Origin: Chrysomallon squamiferum
Taxonomy: Eukaryota > Animalia > Mollusca
Reading direction: 5' to 3'
Length of the DNA: 64,000 bases
NCBI GenBank assembly: GCA_012295275.1
Contig: CM022670.1
Coordinates: 27,466,001 to 27,530,000 of the forward strand
Of the stretch, positions 42,441-55,784 are shown piece by piece. A model generated the notes under the pieces. The model did no database searches, was not told where the DNA came from, and worked only from the letters and a program-made list of their open reading frames with translations. The position numbers were made by a program, and so were the translations under genes. Position 1 is the stretch's first letter. Each line of letters opens with the position of its first letter.

Positions 42441-44059
42441 TGGAGAAACACTTGGAGATTTCCCTAGAGGGGCTTCATAGAAATTCTGATCCCCTTGACA
42501 GTGTTAAAACATTTAGCAAATTAAATAATGTTACTGTGATTAAGTGAAAACCTGAAATCTGTTGACTGTGGTAATCTTTATTAGTAGTAGTAGTAGTAAT
42601 AATACATTGTGATGTTGAAGAGCCAGTAGGAATGAAAAATAGTCATTTTGACAAATCTAAAAACTGAGTTGAAAATAAGTCCAATAGCGTTACAGTGTTT
42701 AAGGATAACAGTGAAATAAAAACATACATACATATGTATATGTATGTATGTATGTATGTATGTTTTTGTATAATGAAAATCAGGGTTCAGTACAGGTTTA
42801 AACAGCAAAGAAATGTCAGAATGTGAAAATGGTTTTAGAAACAAGTATAATTACTTAAATTAGTCTCTGAATTTATCACTCACTCACAAACACACACACT
42901 ATTCTGAGGCAAAACTTTTGACAAAATCTAGCATTGATAACTTTGGTCATGTCACATCTGCATGATATTTACCATATTAAGAATGTAACCCTGATACATA
43001 AAAAATAAAACAAAAAGTGTTTTTTTAAAGATTGTTAATCCATTGTGTTCATAAATAATGGCCACATTGCTAACAAAACATATCAAAAGAAGTCCAAAAA
43101 TAACAGTGATTAACAAAAAAAATAATTTTATAAATTGGTTGGAAATCCTTTAATCTTCACAAGATAAAAATGCATATTGTGCATTTTGGAGACTGCAAAA
43201 TCTGGGAATATCTGTTGTCTAGAATATTTGCTGCTTGTGTTGCAAAAATACAACAGCATGTTATATGATTTAATGGTAAAAAAAATCTGTAGTCTATTTA
43301 TGTTAATTTTATGAAATTTCATTGTGATTGTGTTTTGCTGAGAATAATAATCATCTATATATAATGAGGACGTGATTAAACAATTTCATTTTATATAAAA
43401 CTCTCTTATTGTTTGTTTGTTGTAGATGTTTATTTTTAAATTTTATTTATTTATAACAGACAAAATTTCAAAATGAAATAAACTTCCATTCATTTTTGAA
43501 AATATTTTCAGTTATTTGCAGACGTTTCCCAACCAAATGAAAATTTGATGTTCACGTGTACGTATTCATTCTACACATTTCGGTGTCAAGTTTCTACTTT
43601 AATATTTCTTTAATATGGCTTGACCAGGTGTTCCTCTGGAGAGCTTACTTCAATTAAATGGTTTAACGAATACTAAAGATTTAACAGTGTAGAAATATAT
43701 CGAGCATAAAACGCAAATAGCGATTTTCAAAATCAAAGGGTTTGATTTTAAGCCTCGGACGGTCTTTATGCATTATTTATACATTTTAAAAAAAGAATTT
43801 CTCAGAAGAAGGAAGTTTCCAATCCATCGCATCTTCAGTGGTCTGGAACGTTTTTTTGCCTCTCACTCCGAAATTTCTTTTCTTTTAAAATGTTTCAAAG
43901 ACCGACATGCACTCAGTTTCACCCATAATTTCGAATCCGAATGAAACGTAATACCGTTCGCATAATGTCCATTCATCCTGAAACTAAATTAGAAAATAGG
44001 TGGAGTTGGTTAAATAGTTTGGAGTGCTCGTTATAGAAGCTTGTATTGTACTTTCTGAA

Positions 44060-44205
44060 TGACCGTGGCGCGTGCCACTGAAGACGGGCGCGTGGCCTCG
44101 CGTGGGGAGCGCGTGCCGTGCGCTTTTGCCCGGAAGGTGAACAAAATGGGTGACTGGAACAGGCTGGTTTAGGACCAGTGAACAAAGGCCAGAGGTCGCG
44201 TGTGC
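44060..44205. promoter_or_regulatory. GC/CpG-rich enhancer-like island with five CGCGTG motifs
   Basis: CGCGTG at 44069, 44089, 44099, 44110 and 44197 in an otherwise AT-rich background. Confidence 0.5.
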
Positions 44206-44748
44206 AATGACCCGTTTCAAAGAAGTGAGCCGATGAAAAGGTGTAACTCTTTCACCCGATGACCTGTCTTGTGTGTTGGACAAACGGCTGGATAGACGTT
44301 GTGGACACTATTTAAAATTTGAATTTACAATTAAGGTGAAAGACCTAAAAAACCCATCTTTGGGTAAAACTTCGGCTTTATTAGCCGGGTCTTACCTTGT
44401 TGCGACAACTGGTATAATAATAAATTATTTGGTTTTTGTTTGTTCTAAGCCAGTAGAAAAGCTTGGATTTGTGCATTTAACTTAAATTCAGATAACGGGT
44501 GTTCCAATTCATGTCTGTACTAGATATAGTGGTATATATTAAAAACCAAAGTGTGTGTGTTAATTTTTAAAAACGTACATCCAGACAAAAGTATCCACTG
44601 ATATTCAAGTAATTTATTTAAACTGACCTTTTATCAACATTTAATAAGCAAAAATATCAAATCTCTCTGTGTAAAAATACAGGAACATCGTCCGTCAGAA
44701 TAATTTAGAAAATGTGACAAATACATAAAATTATCAAAAACATGAAAG

Positions 44749-44750
<2 letters not shown>

Positions 44751-44797
<47 letters not shown>

Positions 44798-44826
44798 AAC
44801 GAACGAACGAACGAACGAACGAACGA
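44751..44826. repeat. Compound microsatellite (TC)n(GAAC)n
   Basis: Directly visible. Confidence 0.9.
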
Positions 44827-45782
44827 AAATATTCAATGTTATTATTTCATTCATGACAAGACTGTCATCCTTATATATATATATATATAACACACACTGA
44901 ATTGTTCGTTAAAATAAAATAAACAAATAAATACATAAACAAGCTGAAACAGAACCGTCACATAAAAATCATAAATTCACTTTTTATTGTAAATTCTTTT
45001 CCTTGTCTTCTCAATTTATGCTAATTTGTAAAAAAAATAAAGAAACTAACTTTAAAATAATATTTAATTATCAATTTCTCTTTTTAATTTTGCTGATTCA
45101 AACTGTCATAAATAATATTTGAAATTCAAATCACTGCTAAGAACCAATCAGAATCAAAGCATTCGGGATGAATCTTAAGAGACCGTTGACATGTATTTTG
45201 CAGGTGAGTCCAGGTGTTTCCAGGTAGAAGCAGGTCATCTACCTGCCTATGGTGGCTTAAAGACTAATTTGCCAGATGGCTGTCAAATCATAAATATAAC
45301 GCAGAGAAGCAGAGAATCCGTATTTGAAATGAAAGCCAAATGCTCGTTTATCTGTATGTTTGTGGGTGTGTGTGTCTAGGTGAGGGTGAGAAGGAGGGAG
45401 GGAGGGAGAGAGAGAGAGAGCATGTGTGTTTTTATTTTGTTTTTCTACGTGGGTATAATTATCGTAATTTTCGTAATAAAGCTCTGAAAATAAACAGCGA
45501 TAGCATGTTAAATGAAGATACAGATGTTGAGAAGAACAAATGTCAGTTCGCTAACAATATCTCACTTAGTTTTAATAATAAAGTTATTAAGTTTCAAACA
45601 TGTGCCGTGTGGTGTGTTTTTTTTAATTTTCTCTCTGCTCACTCATTACTCCAGTGAGAAAAGATCCGGCTGCTGCCACTCCAAGAGCTGTTTTTATTGT
45701 AACAGATGTGAGTGGAATTTAAAATTTAAACTTCGGGTATAAATTTATTCTCAACCTTTTGTTTGTTTCAAATTCAAAACAA

Positions 45783-45891
45783 CTTTATTAACTTTTAAAA
45801 AATGTATTTATTAACTTTAAAAAAAAATGTATTTATTAACTTTAAAAAAAAAAATATTTACTAACTTTAAAAAAAATGTATTTATTAACTT
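45783..45891. repeat. ~25-bp AT-rich tandem repeat, ~4 copies
   Basis: Unit tatttattaactttaaaaaaaaatg with variable A run. Confidence 0.8.
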
Positions 45892-47612
45892 ATTTTTTAA
45901 TATAATTGGTCTGTGCCGAACTGTTATATACTGAAAATAATTCATTGTTAAGCAAAGATATCGTAATTATTATGCGAGTGTCATAATATTGTTTGACATG
46001 CACTTTCATTTCAGAACGCCCATCTGGCGCAGAATATTTTTAACAAAGACGAAGCTAAATAAAGAAATGCTGCATTATTTCTGTGTAACGGGGATTTAGA
46101 GATGGAATTTGTCTTTTAATATGTGTTAAGGATTTTCACTAAAGCAGCCTTTCCAGAGAAAATCTAGTTTATTTTATTTTTTTTTTTCTTTTCTTTCTTT
46201 TCCGAAACCGAGATTGCTTGATATTGACTGTTAAATAGAATCTTTTTTTTTTTTTTTTTTTTAGTTACTTGTTCATTTTTTTTTTTATTAATTTCTTCTT
46301 ATTCTTCTTATTATTATTACTATCGACATTACCTTTTAAATAAAAAAAAATATATGAATCCTAGAGAAATTTTATATATATATAAATAGAAATATATATA
46401 TAGAAATTTGGATTCAATAATTAATTATTTTTCAATTTATTTTTATTGATTATTTTCTTTTATGTGTGTATGTGTTCTTTTATTAACGAGTTGGTTATAT
46501 AAATATGTCAGTTATTATTCAAATTTTTCAAACAAAGAACTCTCTCTGTTTCAAAATTAGATGTGAAATGCGGCTAAACCTCCTAAATAATGAGTGTTCA
46601 ATGGAACGATAATGCAGCAACATTACTAATAAAGGAGCCAGGTTATAACATAACTGACAGCTGTCAGTCTGAGAGGTGTGGTCAAACAAAGAACGCCTAC
46701 AAAGCGGTACAAAATATTGTTTTATTGTAGCAAAAATACAGCGTTTATGAACAAAATTCAACATGTTAGACACAAATGCACCAAATCACATCAGTAATAT
46801 TTGCATATTATCTACAAATGTTATAAAGAAAATATACAATTTAATTTAAATATATTATCAGTTTATGCAGGAAAAAAAAAAAAATAATAATAAAAACAAT
46901 ATGCATAGTAAAGTTTTTGGCTGAAATATTTGGCTTCATTTGTGGTAACTTTTATTTAAAAAAAAAAAAACCAAAAACATCAGGGAATTTAGTTTTGATT
47001 TTTACACCCTGGTTTTTATGTGTGTAGACTATTGAAGTAGACTATTACTGTTGTTATTTATTTTTTTTTATTTTAGATTTAAATAATAATAATAACAAAG
47101 TAACCAAATAGCATAAATTATTTAAAAATATAATAAATATACTGCAAAATAATTATATATTAAAAGTTTTGACTATACATAAATAACTACCTACTAATAC
47201 ATACCTATCATACAAAGTACAAAAATCACGCACACACACACACACACACACAGATACGCACACGCACATTCTGTTTATACAGTTTATTGCACATTGAGCC
47301 CGCCAATGCTTGAGATCTTTCTAAAAGATCAAAGTTCGCTAATTTCCTATAATTAAATATATTACTGCAATGCATTACCATACAACAATGAATTGTTAGC
47401 ATGTAATAATAAATAAGTGGAATATCCCACTGGTTATGTACAATGACTAGGCTGACTCATCCCGGAGATATTGTATACTTAACACATACTTATCACCCGT
47501 ATACTGCATGAAATAATAAAACAATCGCGTCTTCTCACCTAAGTTAAAAATGCATGCTAAAATGTCACGTTTACACGAGTTTGAAACTTAATGCTTAATT
47601 AAAATATTAATT

Positions 47613-47654
<42 letters not shown>

Positions 47655-48750
47655 TTTAGTTACAGTATTCTTGCTACATTTTAGTTATAAATACTATTGG
47701 ATATCTAAAAGATAGAAAGATAATCATTACGTATAAAACTATATTTCTTTGTCCCCACTTTCGATAGGTTAAATCAAAAAGAGAAAAAAAAAAAAGAGAA
47801 GAATTTCGATATCTATATTATTGTCCTAATAATTTATAAAACTTTGAAATATTTATTATTTTTAACGAAAACGCTAAAAGCTGTTATCCGAGCATGCATT
47901 TTTAGAAGCCTTACAAGAAGGAAACGCTACAAAAACTTCTGATCGTCTTTCACAAATGTCAAGGTTAAATCTAATACTAAGTTATCTAGACTACTCGTAT
48001 TACTAAACATCCACTTCTGAACATTTTACAGGACAGAGCAAACACATAGCAATATGTTGCATGTAGATCAATTATCAATTTGTTCAGTAAAACCGTTACT
48101 ATTCATCAAAATGACATATATTTACAAACTCAAATAAATTAAGCTACCATAATTCGGCTGTTTCACCTGTTCCTGATAAACAATACAATCATTAAACAGT
48201 GGAAAAGGTGAAGAGACAGTTTTCTTTTCGAAACAAGATTAAATATTTAAATACGTTACTTGCGAATGAATGCCATGCCGTTATTATTTGCCGGAAAGCC
48301 CGTGTTGCTGAACAAAGGTGGTGACAGATTGCAGAGGGAATGCACGTCTGGACCGTGTAACCCAGTTAATGCTTATTGATTAGTGATCATAAATTATTCA
48401 CAAAATGTCGAGATTATTAGCACTTTTCCTATTGGTCACAGTGAACTGATAATAATGTCTTTGTTTGCAAATGACAGAGTGTCTCCAGTCCTGTCTTTTT
48501 TCTTTTTCTCTTTTTTTTTTTTAAATAATCACAAAGAGATACCATGATTTACCAAAATCTTCTTTCTTGTTGTTTTCCCTGTTGCAGAAATTCTTTGATT
48601 AATGTTTTAAAATGTTCCATATTCGGCGATTTTCGGAAGAACAATAACAATAACAAAAACAAACAAACATTAAAAATGATTACAAAACTAATCGTTTTAA
48701 AGAATTGAAATAATGAGGAATTTGATGAAAATGAGAAAATGTTCAACAGT

Positions 48751-49560
48751 TCACGAAGTCTGTCTCAAAAACTCTCGCATGGGATTCGGTAAAGGTAGAA
48801 TGTCGATTTCATTGTCTCTGTGTAAATTGGTAAGTATCGCAGCTCGGCATCGATCCTGCAAACTATAGAAACTTCGTCTGCGAATTCCAAGCGTCATTTC
48901 TGTTTTAGCAGCCGTCGAACACACAATAGGATACAGATTATCATTCACTTTGTTCAGATCGGTAAACGCAACACCAAGGCACTGACCATTTTTGAAATAA
49001 GTCAGATTTCCTGAATTCCAATCGAAAAGCAAACCAATGGTTATGGCTTCGTTTTCTTTGAAAGGATCCGTGTAGTGCCGACATTTTCCGTTATGCCAAA
49101 GCAAGCCTTTATGGGACAATCCCCAGCTCTGGCCGTCTTCGCCTAACAGATTGACAAAGGCATCAACGTGCAGGCGTGCCTTTTTGGTGCCTATCCCGAA
49201 CATCATGCTGGTGCCGAATATCCTTTGAGAAACTCGAATCTCCCAATAATGCCTGCCGTAGTTGAGGGGCAGGTTCCCCCGAACCCCTGCTGTCCCATTA
49301 CTCCAGTTGGGATGGAAGTGTGCGGTCTGCTGCCGTTTTCCGTGTAAACGAACTTCGTGAGATTTGTCCGTTTTGTTCCAAGTCCACCGCGCCGAACAGC
49401 CATCCTTCAAAGAGACGGGCATATTGTGTGAAACTTCGCTACCGCTGTCAGCTGGAAATGAAACTCGCCTGTGCAGGAACCACCCCTTTCCCCTAACATC
49501 TCCACCCGATGTCTGACTCCGCAGCCGGCCAAGCTGCATAGTAACCGCTTGCCACCCCAT
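48751..49560 (-). CDS. SPRY domain-containing SOCS box protein (SPSB3-like, invertebrate type); single coding exon; true start may be the ATG at 49422 (MPVSL)
   Basis: SPRY motifs FHPNWSNGTAGVRG, HYWEI, GTSMMFGIGT, SWGLSHKGLLWH, IGLLFD...LTYFKNGQCLGVAF, LYPIVCST; C-terminal SOCS box SLQDRCRAAI...LPLPNPMREFL. Likely exon acceptor ttcgaacag| with exon top at 49816. Confidence 0.92.
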   Translation of the reverse strand: MGWQAVTMQLGRLRSQTSGGDVRGKGWFLHRRVSFPADSGSEVSHNMPVSLKDGCSARWTWNKTDKSHEVRLHGKRQQTAHFHPNWSNGTAGVRGNLPLNYGRHYWEIRVSQRIFGTSMMFGIGTKKARLHVDAFVNLLGEDGQSWGLSHKGLLWHNGKCRHYTDPFKENEAITIGLLFDWNSGNLTYFKNGQCLGVAFTDLNKVNDNLYPIVCSTAAKTEMTLGIRRRSFYSLQDRCRAAILTNLHRDNEIDILPLPNPMREFLRQTS

Positions 49561-49962
49561 TTATACGATCCAGTTAGATAAACTCTCATTGTCAACAGCA
49601 GCGACTTGAAACAAAGCGTGTGAAAGGCGTACGCGGCGTAAAGTCATTGTCTGAATGCATAGTTTTTCTTCATCTCTCGAAAAACGTGTTCGCAAGTCAG
49701 GCACGTGGCGATAATGAGATTTTAGTAAAAGTGGGCGGAGCTTAGAGGAGTCTCGCTGCGTTTGGTTCGCTGTGTTCTTGTTTGGGTTTATGCCTCTTGA
49801 CCTTATCCACAATCGTCTGTTCGAAAATAGATCCGAAAGTAATAAAAACAAAAATAAAATACATATGGAAAAAAATAATCAATAATTATAACTAATGTAA
49901 AAAAAATCAGTAGTGTCCAAGGTTAACCAAAACAAGGTCGCTTTATAATAAAAACAGTATAG

Positions 49963-49998
<36 letters not shown>

Positions 49999-51079
49999 AC
50001 CAAACAAAAAACAACAAAACAATTATTATTATTATTATTTCGTTTCGATTGTAGTTTTGTTGTTGTTTCATTACTGCTGAGGTTGCTGCCTCTATTATTA
50101 TTGTATTGTTTTCAGTACAGAAACAGATGCTATACAGTTTGTAATAAAATTCATTTAAATATCATTAATGCGTGTATCTATGAATTTAAAAAGTATTTTG
50201 TTGTTATGCATGCGTAATTACGTACATTTTCAAAGCAATGCACAGACCAAACTATGGATTTCAAGTCACATAAATTTCAACTCACATTATTAAAATGAAC
50301 AAGTTTTATTTTTAATTAATAAAACAATAAAAATATGACATACATTTTGAATAATACGAGCTGCTATTGTTGGAGATGCTAAAAATAGCTGTCCAAGTTG
50401 TACACGTGCAATCCGGCATTTATAACAACCACGATGATATTTTTTAAAAAAAATCATCACAGAATGTTATGAAACTAAGATATTTACATATTTATTTACG
50501 CATTTATTTATTTAATATTATTATTTTATTATTATTGTTGTTGTTATTATTATTATCATTACTATTATTATTATTATTATTATTTTTTTTTTTTTTTTCA
50601 ATTTGTGGGTCTGTTTCATACGCATGTTACTTCTAATACATACAATAATCATTTTAAAGAAAATAGAAGGAAACAAAAAACATGCTTCGTAATATTTATT
50701 CTCCCCTTTTAACAGCATAGTTCTGTCCTGCAGACACATCTTGTGAAACAGTCGACGCAGCAAAGATCAATTCGTATCTTTCCATGTCTGCAGTGTTTGA
50801 CACGGTCAGGGCCGCTTGTGTCACAATAGAACTGTTATCAACACGTGTTGTTGATTTAGTACGTAAAATCCCCATACAAGACTAATCACTTTTCACGTCT
50901 TTAACATTTAACCTTTTTCTTCTCTGTACGTCCGTCTGTCTGTGAAAATATTTATTTTGTCTTTATTATATAATTATTGTGAAGTACATAATTTCTCTAT
51001 GAATCTCTGAAGACTGAAATAACTTCGATTTGACATCATATTATTTATTTATTTATTTATCGCAAAAAAAAAAAAAAAA

Positions 51080-51113
<34 letters not shown>

Positions 51114-51614
51114 TAAAAACACGAAAGAACCCCCAAAACACACACACACAAAAGAAACCCAGCGAAAGAGGCCTATTATTTATTGATGATCAACAGTATA
51201 TCATGTATGTCTTTATTTACAAAACTGCTTTTCTATCTAAATTTGTCATCAAATTACATTACAGTACGTACCATAAGTTTTACAAACGATTACTGTATTT
51301 AAGCAATAACCAATATACACACAGGCAAATCTATGTCGCCTTTTCTCTAGATCTAACGTTTTCCCCTTTCAGCTTGAGGGAACGGGGATTTTACACTATT
51401 AAATAGTCACAGATTCATTAAATATTTACTTCCTAATCATTAATCTCAACGGTCGTAGTTTTTCTCTTTCTTTATCGTTGTTTCCTTCGTTTCTTTCTTC
51501 TTTTTTTAAATCAGGTATAGACAGTCTGAAAAAAAAAGAAGTAAACAATCATTAAAAAGAAAAAAACAAAGAAAAAAACAATACATTTGTGAAAACTGTC
51601 CATATTCTTTTATA

Positions 51615-51663
<49 letters not shown>

Positions 51664-51846
51664 TGTTTGTTGTTAAAACTAATGTATTGTTAGAAAAAGT
51701 TGCTCTGTGAGGATATGTGAGCGTGTGCAAGTTTTATTTTGCATTACTTTTAATTAATAATTAATAATTTTTTATAATTTATTTCTAATGTCTTGTTATT
51801 TTTCATTTTGATTTCAGCATTAAATATTAAAGCCCATTCTTCTTCC

Positions 51847-51883
<37 letters not shown>

Positions 51884-52049
51884 TTTATATTTTCAATTTC
51901 ATTTGTCAGGTGTTGGTTTAACATTTCTTGTTTTTAACGCTCTTTCTCTCGTTATATTTTGAATTTTTTATCGTTCTTTCTTTCTTACTTTTCTTTTCTT
52001 CACATTTCTTTCTTTTTCGCTGACTTTGAGCTGGAATGGGCGCAAATCA

Positions 52050-52440
52050 TGTAAATTAGTGTACGCTATAACGTGCGAACAACAAGTCGCCACCCTTCGC
52101 AGTTTGTGTCGATATATTCAAGTTTAAATATCTTTTATCAGCGCGGCGCGCGACACGCGTCAAAACCAGCTGTCGCTCTTCGCACCATTGTCCCGGCCAG
52201 ATGCGGTCACTCCATTGACCACGGCCTTCTCCTGGACCTAGTCCGTTTACGCCAGGCTGTGGACACACGGCACGAAAAACAATGACAGTGATAAATTCAC
52301 TCCGTAGAAGCCACTGATCAAGTGGAAATTAAGCTGCCACGGGGTGTCTGATTATTTGAATTTGTCATTTTGAAAATCTATATTCGTTATCGCTTTAAGC
52401 GTATTATTTACAAACTTCAAAGCGCTTTTATAATTCGATA
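52050..52440 (-). promoter_or_regulatory. CpG-rich promoter-like region upstream of the SPSB-like gene
   Basis: Dense CpG; - strand TATAAAAG near 52425-52432 and a possible gtgaat donor near 52299 would define a short non-coding first exon (inference). Confidence 0.35.
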
Positions 52441-52704
52441 TGTTACGTGATAGGTGTTCCTGTAACGAAGTAGTCGTAATCTGTGACTGAAACATGCTGC
52501 ATCGAAACAAAGAACTTCTGTCCAATATATACTAATATTTTACACACAAAAAATATAATTATTATCTCTGTCTTCTGTTTTCGTGCCTGTATTATTAATT
52601 TCAGAAAACTACGTAGTTGTACACAGTATTTAATACATATATTATTTATATTTGTGTTTTGAACGTATTCACTGAATGACATAATTTTCTTTCTTTATTT
52701 ACAA

Positions 52705-52755
<51 letters not shown>

Positions 52756-53443
52756 CTGTTGCTGAAGGTGTTTAAGGATGCTGTAAAGACAGTAAGATAA
52801 AAAATAATAATAATAAAAAAACATGTATTTCAAATAATAAAAATTATTAATTTTTTGTTTTCTTTCTTTTTCTTTTTGTTTCTTTAAACGATATTTCCTC
52901 CTCCTGTTGTTGTAGTTGTTGTAGATGTTGTTTTTATTATTATTATAACTATGCTGTTGTACTGGTTTTTGTTGTTGTTACTGTTTATTTACTTAATATT
53001 ATTTCTACACATTTATTATCACCACCACGGTAATTATCTTTTTCAACGAACTATTTTCACTTCCTCTGTTCAGTATGTTCACATTTCATTTAAAAACGTC
53101 CAGAGCTGGGCAAGCTACTTAAACAACACACAGCTGCATGGACGTACACGTTCTTTTAAACCGTACCCGTTCCACCCCAACCCCTACACCACGCTGTCTA
53201 TTAAACAGCACATCAAATCATAAAATCTGGCTTTAATCATATATTTATAATTAAAATTAAAAAGTAAATATTTAGGTTGGTTTTTAAACCAAAATCTCCA
53301 AATCTCTTTTGACCGCCCACAGTGCACTCAATATAATATACACGTATGATGCTTTCTGAATTTGACAGCTGGCCCTGCTGTTAAATTTTTTATAAGTAAT
53401 TCAAGGATGGATGATCCGGGTTATTAGAGTTCACCTGTTGTAT

Positions 53444-53478
<35 letters not shown>

Positions 53479-54556
53479 TAAACAGTTTAATAAAATACGT
53501 TGTCCATTCGCTTTGCGTTATTCTTCTTTGTTCTTTTCTTTTTTTTTTTTTTTTTTTTTTCAAATGAAAGTAGAAAAAAAAAAGAGGAGACATTAATGAC
53601 TAATTTTGGGGGTCGCTGAATTCTCTGTGAATCAGTGTAATAAATAGCGGACAGACATATAGATACTGCGCACAATTTTTTATTAACTAATTTATTGATT
53701 TGTATTTTTTAAAATTTTATTATAGATTTTTTAATTTATTATATTTTATTATTTATTATTACTTTTCAATTTTTTAATTTTTTTCTTTGTTTTTCTTATT
53801 GTTTTTCTTTATTTATTTAACCTACCTTTATTTTTTTTGTTTTTTTTTATTGTTATTACTATATGTACATGATTTATATTTTTATACAATTGCTAAATAT
53901 TAGATCTCTCTAAGAAGATAAAATATTTTTAAAATACCTTGACCATTCTGCCCGTCATTCTTTTTTTTTTTTTTTTTTGTCACAAATTAACAGTAACTAA
54001 CTATAACGATAAATGAATGAATGAATGAGTAAATTAATTAAACATGAAACAATAATATTTCTAATATTTTGATAAAAAAAGAAAAGAATAGAGGACAAAT
54101 TACATGTACTAGACGATGTATTCAGCTTTCAGAAAAGCGGCTTAAAACGTATTACAACTTGTATTTGTTAAATGCAGTTTCGTTCTTTACTTTCTACTGT
54201 TTATTTTATAATTTAATTATGTATTAAATCTTAATCCTGAAAACTGGAAACTCCAGAAATGGTCTGCTACCAGTCCAAGCAAACAAATGAATGGACCCAC
54301 TCCCTAAATATTAAGCAATTCAGTAAACAGCTAAACAGGTAATAGTTTACGTAGAAAAATTTCTTTATTTTTAATGACGAAATTTCAAAACATGTTCTTT
54401 TAATGACAAGTTATCAGAAGACTTTATATATTTTCCTTCGTTGTTGTTTTAGATATTGCGAAAAACAAAAGAAAGAATTACAGATAAATAAAAAAAAGTC
54501 GCTGTTCAGTGGACTACTTTGAACTGTTAGGAGCAAGGACAGGCAAGTGTGTTGCA

Positions 54557-54572
54557 TGACCTTTCATGACCT
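54557..54572 (-). promoter_or_regulatory. Perfect nuclear-receptor DR4 element
   Basis: TGACCT-ttca-TGACCT (AGGTCA-n4-AGGTCA on - strand), ~1.15 kb upstream of the PLPP ATG. Confidence 0.4.
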
Positions 54573-55726
54573 TTCCAACTGTCTTAATCGGTAATCTTCA
54601 TTTTAAAATTTCATCAACAAGATAAAGAAAACAAAACAAAATGAAGGCAAAGCCAAAAAGAAGAAAATCTTCCCAAAGTAGGCTAAACCTTTTAATATAC
54701 ATATAATGAATAAAAATATCACCTATTACACAGCAGCAAACAAAGTAATGAATTTATTTTCCTGACGAAACAGTATCACGGAGATATTAATAATCTAAAT
54801 ATACATGTTGAACCGTTTGTTTCTTTTGTTCACAGATTCGCAGCCACTTCTCACTGTTAAACAAAAATGACAAATGAAATTGTCGCGAAAGTATACGACA
54901 CTGGATCACTACTGCAAGTGTAGTAATAATATATAACCGACAGGCCTGTCCACCTGCCTATCTAGTTCTCTGAAACGTTAGGCAGGCACGTGTTTCTTTG
55001 TTCTCTTGTGTAACTGTAAATAAAGGTGACAGAGTGTTGCGTGTGTGAAAGAAATTACCATCAGATCGCAATCACGCAGCCTAATTTTACAGAAACAGAG
55101 TAATTTTACTGAAAAAAGGCATCTGCTTAATTTTTACCCCACTCACCGGTGACGTAATCAGTCAATTAACAAAGTCAAAAAAGACGTAGTCCTATTAATC
55201 GATTTAATCGGCAAAAATAATCGTTGCTCTCATTGTTTATTAAAGATAATAATTAGGTTACGATTACTCATGCTTGAACTGATTAATCATTGTGATAATT
55301 CATGGAAAATGTCATGGAACTTAAAATTATGGATGGCTTATTTCTGAATAACAAGCAAATAACAAACTGTATTATTATATTGCTATGTCCGTATGATGAG
55401 TTGCTGATGAGCATAAACTTATTATTTAAGCATGCTTAGAATTCCTAACAATCCACTTAACAAGTTGCCATTATCTTTTTAATAAAATAAACCAGATTAT
55501 ATCGTGTTATATTACCTGCAAATAAATGCTTGCGCTATATTACATACGACTGGCGTTATTCATATACATTTTTTTTTTTTTTAAAAATATTGTTGTTCTG
55601 AGTTATACTGTCAGAAGTACAGAGCATTTCGTACTACCAGTTCAAACTGTTTGAACTCGATGTCACACTTACAGTCAACCCGGACACAGAAATTTATGCG
55701 AGTGATCTACCTTGAATTTTTTTGCC

Positions 55727-55784
55727 ATGAACAGGAAACGTGTGTTTCGTAAAATTGTCATCGATTTCAGTTGTATAGGTTTAG
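55727..55784 (+). CDS. PLPP-like exon 1
   Basis: gccATG AAC; MNRKRVFRKIVIDFSCIGL; G|gtgagt; phase matches exon 2. Confidence 0.85.

Noticed and set aside
43973-44485. ORFs over the GC-rich island
   Set aside because: No recognisable domain or convincing splice structure; explained by locally high GC.
49561-49851. 96-aa ORF as a separate gene or readthrough extension of the SPSB-like CDS
   Set aside because: It starts at a non-ATG codon in the intron's pyrimidine tract, and TAA-A is a poor readthrough context; only the ATG-initiated part is kept as a uORF.
55390-55440. ATGATGA...CTGA as a C/D snoRNA
   Set aside because: Boxes too close together, no terminal stem and no recognisable guide.
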